Shown piece after piece: positions 60,492-64,000 of a stretch of 64,000 nt of DNA (positions are counted from its first letter, which is position 1; every line of letters begins with the position of its first letter). The translations under genes and the position numbers were made by a program. The stretch is taken from positions 68,723 to 132,722 of IMG/VR virus record IMGVR_UViG_3300028048_000072; one strand, written 5' to 3'. The notes beneath the pieces are model-generated. The model had not been told where the DNA came from, searched no databases, and saw nothing but the letters and a program-made list of their open reading frames with translations. Origin of the DNA: a virus. Taxonomy: Duplodnaviria; Caudoviricetes.

Positions 60492-60576
60492 TAATATGAA
60501 CCTCCAACAAGATTAAATAGTAGATATAATAATAACACGATAAAACATAACATTCAAGTTTTATAATTAATTAAAT

Positions 60577-60650
60577 AAAAAAAAAGAAATCCGTTCATAT
60601 TTCAGAACGGATTTCAAAAGAGGTAAACATGAACTTAAAAATCAAGTCAC
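60577..60650 (-). ncRNA. putative ~75-nt small RNA with an anti-RBS segment
   Basis: TTGACA-17-TATATT promoter (60685-60657); CAUGUUUACCUCUUUU; 11-bp terminator 60586-60615 + U-tract. Confidence 0.5.
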
Positions 60651-61340
60651 ATAATTAATATAATATCATTTATATTTAATGTCAAATTATTCTTTATCCC
60701 GCATGAAAGTTTGAACATATAATTGTAGGTTGTTTTATCTCATTAATATCAACTTCTGTAATAGTCCATTTCTAAAATTCTATTACCATTTTCAGCAACA
60801 ATCATGTTTATACCACTTTGAAAATCAAAAATTGTTTCATCTTTAAAACAACCAAATCCTTTTGCTTCAAATTTTATAAGTTCAAGCATATTATTCTCCT
60901 ATCATATCAATTTGTGATTTTATATCTTTTGTTGATTCAAGCATTAAAACTTTAGTAGGTAAATACATTCGTTTTATATATTTGAATCCTTTCTGTTTTG
61001 CATATTTCTTTAATAATCTATATTTTTTAGACTTATTTATGTAATTAAAATCCTTTAATTCAAATACAGTATTTTCATTTTCTTTAAAATATTTTTCATA
61101 TTTCAACACATCAATTTTTATATTCTTTTCTGATAAAGTATTCCAAGAAACATTCATATTATTCTCCTTTAAAACAACATTTGTCCAAATGATTAATACA
61201 TCTCTGATAAGACTTTTTAAGTTTTTTAACAAAAGCCATATATTCATAATCACTCAAACCACTAGGTCTTGTGTATCTGCAAGAATGTTCTCTTATCAAT
61301 TCATCAAGTATTTTTCTACTTTCTTCTTTCATATCATACC

Positions 61341-61658
61341 TCAAAATTCTATTTTAAACAAATTACTCATGTCAACATCATAATTTCCTTTTTTAATCTC
61401 ATCACTTTTATTTTCATCAACAATTCCTTCAATTCTAAATTGATTTATTGGTAAAGCGATAGTATTATTAACATTTCCATATCTAACTACCCAACACAAC
61501 TCACTAGATGAAATAGCATCTTGAATCCCAAATCCTTCAAAATTCATTCGTTCAGAAAATGGAGATTTTGTATCTTTTCTATAAGCAATTTGAATTGATA
61601 TAACTTCAGATAATCTAAGAGGAACTTTTCTTTCGTTATCCCAAAATAAAGCAATCAT
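61341..61658 (-). CDS. hypothetical protein
   Basis: GGAG RBS. Confidence 0.55.
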   Translation of the reverse strand: MIALFWDNERKVPLRLSEVISIQIAYRKDTKSPFSERMNFEGFGIQDAISSSELCWVVRYGNVNNTIALPINQFRIEGIVDENKSDEIKKGNYDVDMSNLFKIEF

Positions 61659-61723
61659 ATATCATTCTCCATCGTTAGTCTTTACATTCCAAATTGGAAT
61701 TTTATTTATATCATTTGGTATTC

Positions 61724-62152
61724 TCATAATAACTTCTCCATACATTTATTTAATTTTGGAAACTGTAAAGCAATCCAATCAACCAATTCTTCATTTTTTG
61801 CCCAATCACAATTTACATTTAATCCACTTTCAAATATAAAAGCATGAATTATTTCATGTCTTAAAACTTCATACCCTCTTTTATAAAAATTTTCATTTTC
61901 AAATAAAGTTTTTTCAATTATTATTTCTTTTTTATAAAAATCACACCATCCGTCATGTTGATATAATATTAGATTTTCTTTTTCAAGTTCTTCTTCTTTT
62001 GTTATTTCAAAACCTCTTTTATTCTTCTTGCTAAGTGTAACATTTACTTTCCCTTTTATTGGGAGTTCAATTACTTTTTCTGGCTTGATTACATTTCCTT
62101 TTTCCGTAACTGTGTATTTTGAAGGGTCTATTCTCGGTAATTCTTTTGTCAT
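61724..62152 (-). CDS. phage protein with HExxH motif
   Basis: LRHEIIHAF...EELVDW. Confidence 0.65.
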   Translation of the reverse strand: MTKELPRIDPSKYTVTEKGNVIKPEKVIELPIKGKVNVTLSKKNKRGFEITKEEELEKENLILYQHDGWCDFYKKEIIIEKTLFENENFYKRGYEVLRHEIIHAFIFESGLNVNCDWAKNEELVDWIALQFPKLNKCMEKLL

Positions 62153-62166
62153 TTATCTAACTCCTT

Positions 62167-62466
62167 TTATTTTAGTTTCCGCCTTAAAAGTAAACTTTTT
62201 AATTTCTGCCATAACCTCTTAAAGAATGATTTTTTCTTTTCGCTTGTTCCTAAGTCTGTAATAATTGCTTCAAACTTTGGCGGTACAACACCCCCGTCAC
62301 GGCGAATAAAAATCTGTTTATCATCTATAATTGGTGGAGGTAGTATATAATCAAGTGGGTCAAATTCTAAATCCATAAATAAATCCTTATTTTCCTTTTC
62401 AAGGTTTGCAATTTGTTCTATGAGTTCATCTTCTCTTGAATATTCCATTTCGTATTCTTTAGTCAT
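62167..62466 (-). CDS. hypothetical protein
   Basis: AGGAG RBS. Confidence 0.55.
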   Translation of the reverse strand: MTKEYEMEYSREDELIEQIANLEKENKDLFMDLEFDPLDYILPPPIIDDKQIFIRRDGGVVPPKFEAIITDLGTSEKKKSFFKRLWQKLKSLLLRRKLK

Positions 62467-62719
62467 TTTCTTTTATCTCCTTTTTCTTTGACTTATATTC
62501 TCTACCTCTGCAATCATAATCTTCATCGCCCATACTGTAACAACATAACTCATAGAGTTCGGTAAAATGCACACAGTTCGCACATTTTATTTCTTCTGGT
62601 TTCTTTTCAAACCCCCAGTTCATTCATAAGTTCTTCATACAATGGTGGTGTCCGCTTGCTTTTAAGTCCCTGCTTTAAGTATCTGATTGCAAACTTGATT
62701 TCTTCTTTGTCGGTCATAA

Positions 62720-63262
62720 TTATTTATTCTCCTTCAAAAAATCTTCTGCTCTCTGTCTTGCATACTCGTCTGTATTGTCTAACAGGTCTTGTATGATTGT
62801 TTTGGCATAGGTGAGTTGTTCTGCTTTCTGTTCATTTGCAGTTTTCAATTTCCATACAAGGTCTGATTTTTCTCCTGCCTTTTGCATTTGAACATCGCCT
62901 AATTTTTCTTTCAGTTCCTTGTTTTCCTCAACCACCTTATATGTTGCTTCAATCTGCTTGTCTAAGAGTTCCTCTGCTTCGTTATAAGCCTTTTCAAAGT
63001 CTGCACCTTTTTTCGCAATTAAGGCTAAAGACCTTTTGTCACTTTCGTGAACTTCTTTTAGTTCTGCGTTTTCTTTTTCAAGTTCTGTAATTCCTTTGAG
63101 AGTAATTATCAATTCTCCCATTGTTGTACAAACATCGTTGTTTTCATCGTGTAATTCTTGCCACTCTTCTTGTCCGATTATTTCGATAATCTTTTTAATT
63201 ACCTTATCGCTTATAAGGTCGCTCTTGTTACAATCTTCAATTATTCCTTTAAGGTCATTCAT
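62720..63262 (-). CDS. coiled-coil hypothetical protein
   Basis: ELEKENAELK heptads; AGGAG RBS. Confidence 0.6.
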   Translation of the reverse strand: MNDLKGIIEDCNKSDLISDKVIKKIIEIIGQEEWQELHDENNDVCTTMGELIITLKGITELEKENAELKEVHESDKRSLALIAKKGADFEKAYNEAEELLDKQIEATYKVVEENKELKEKLGDVQMQKAGEKSDLVWKLKTANEQKAEQLTYAKTIIQDLLDNTDEYARQRAEDFLKENK

Positions 63263-63350
63263 TTTCTTTTATCTCCTAACAAAAAGATTTTTACTGAATG
63301 AAGTTTCTCGGCATAATAGTTTAATGGCTTGCATTATCTGTTCCATATAT

Positions 63351-64000
63351 TTACTCCTTTGCAATTTCTGCTTCTGCGTCTATTCCAGTTATCTCTTTGA
63401 ATACTTCGTTGTTCCAGTTCGGAAGTTTCAATAACTGTTTGTGTTCTTCTTTGCTTGCTTTATCCCAAGCCAATTTCCACGCTTCTTTATATTCAAGAGT
63501 TTTCAAATATCCACCGCAAGTTTCAATTTCCTTTTTGTGTACTTCTTTTTCTTCTTCTGTAGCAGTATCATGTGACACCCAAACAGTTAAATCAAAATAG
63601 CACCAAGAAGGAATGACAATTTCATCTCTTTTCTTTTTTGTCATTTTATTAAACATTCTGACATTCGGTTCGTTGGAATTGAAAAATCCGCTATTATATG
63701 AACCGCTATTACATGAACCGCTATTATATGAACCGCTATTCCATGAACCGCTATTATATGAACCGCTATTACATGAACCGCTATTATATGAACCGCTATT
63801 ACATGAACCGCTATTCCTTGAACCGCTATTCCTTGAACCGCTATTCCTTGAACCGCTATTACATGAACCGCTATTATATGAACCGCTATTACATAAACCG
63901 CTATTCCTTGAACCGCTATTCCTTGAACCGCTATTACATGAACCGCTATTATATGAACCGCTATTACATAAACCGCTATTCCTTGAACCGCTATTCTTTG
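63351..64000 (-). CDS. NSGxx pentapeptide-repeat phage protein (5' truncated by the window edge)
   Basis: repeat array is in frame with ORF 63351..63656 (GGYLK...LPNWN..VF.EITGI C-terminus). Confidence 0.85.
   Translation of the reverse strand, partial: KNSGSRNSGLCNSGSYNSGSCNSGSRNSGSRNSGLCNSGSYNSGSCNSGSRNSGSRNSGSRNSGSCNSGSYNSGSCNSGSYNSGSWNSGSYNSGSCNSGSYNSGFFNSNEPNVRMFNKMTKKKRDEIVIPSWCYFDLTVWVSHDTATEEEKEVHKKEIETCGGYLKTLEYKEAWKLAWDKASKEEHKQLLKLPNWNNEVFKEITGIDAEAEIAKE
63688..64000 (-). repeat. 15-bp tandem repeat, at least 20 units, encoding NSGS[YCWRK]
   Basis: GAACCGCTATTNNNT units from 63700 to 63999. Confidence 0.95.

Noticed and set aside
2478-63600. Many antisense or overlapping ORFs in the track (e.g. 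2478-2831, 10215-10616, 25737-26261, 38408-38803)
   Set aside because: They are Phe/Ile/Ser-rich shadows of real genes on the other strand or frame and lack an RBS.
63688-64000. CRISPR array
   Set aside because: The 15-bp units are contiguous with no unique spacers and are in frame with a protein.
1-64000. Stop-codon reassignment
   Set aside because: Conserved genes are full length in the standard code, and both TAG and TGA end genes at expected positions.
1-64000. tRNA or rRNA genes
   Set aside because: No cloverleaf with a T-loop GTTCRA context and no rRNA-like segment was recognised by eye; tRNAscan-SE would be needed to exclude them.

Overview
This AT-rich 64 kb window (roughly 25% GC by eye) comes from a large lytic tailed phage, probably with a contractile tail and jumbo-like scattered gene order. 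It uses the standard genetic code. The host is unknown; one lipoprotein weakly suggests a diderm anaerobe such as a spirochaete. Positions 1-33.7 kb are a + strand block containing ATP-dependent ligase, dUTPase, SNF2 helicase, family B polymerase, DnaB/DnaC-like proteins, SbcCD, five DNA methyltransferases, two free-standing homing-type endonucleases and many small acidic proteins. Positions 33.7-64 kb are mostly - strand: a putative lysis cluster, lipase, lipoprotein, Hsp20, Dps-like protein, a eukaryote-type topoisomerase IB, baseplate proteins, terminase, tail fibre, NrdDG and a pentapeptide-repeat protein. Main observations: (1) A five-cassette invertible tail-fibre tip system has silent cassettes on both sides of the constant region, and its candidate serine invertase is split by a precisely excisable IS605 (tnpA+tnpB). 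(2) Several promoter-hairpin-terminator small RNAs carry anti-Shine-Dalgarno loops; the clearest has two loops perfectly complementary to the 5' UTR hairpin loop and the RBS of the adjacent HNH nuclease gene. (3) A C-terminal S[IL]FD[MF] clamp-like motif is shared by the polymerase and the methyltransferases. (4) Acidic polyproteins are joined by a repeated ESKKSVRKSLKE linker. (5) A recurring TAACTAT motif looks like a late promoter. All calls come from reading motifs by eye; no database searches were run.
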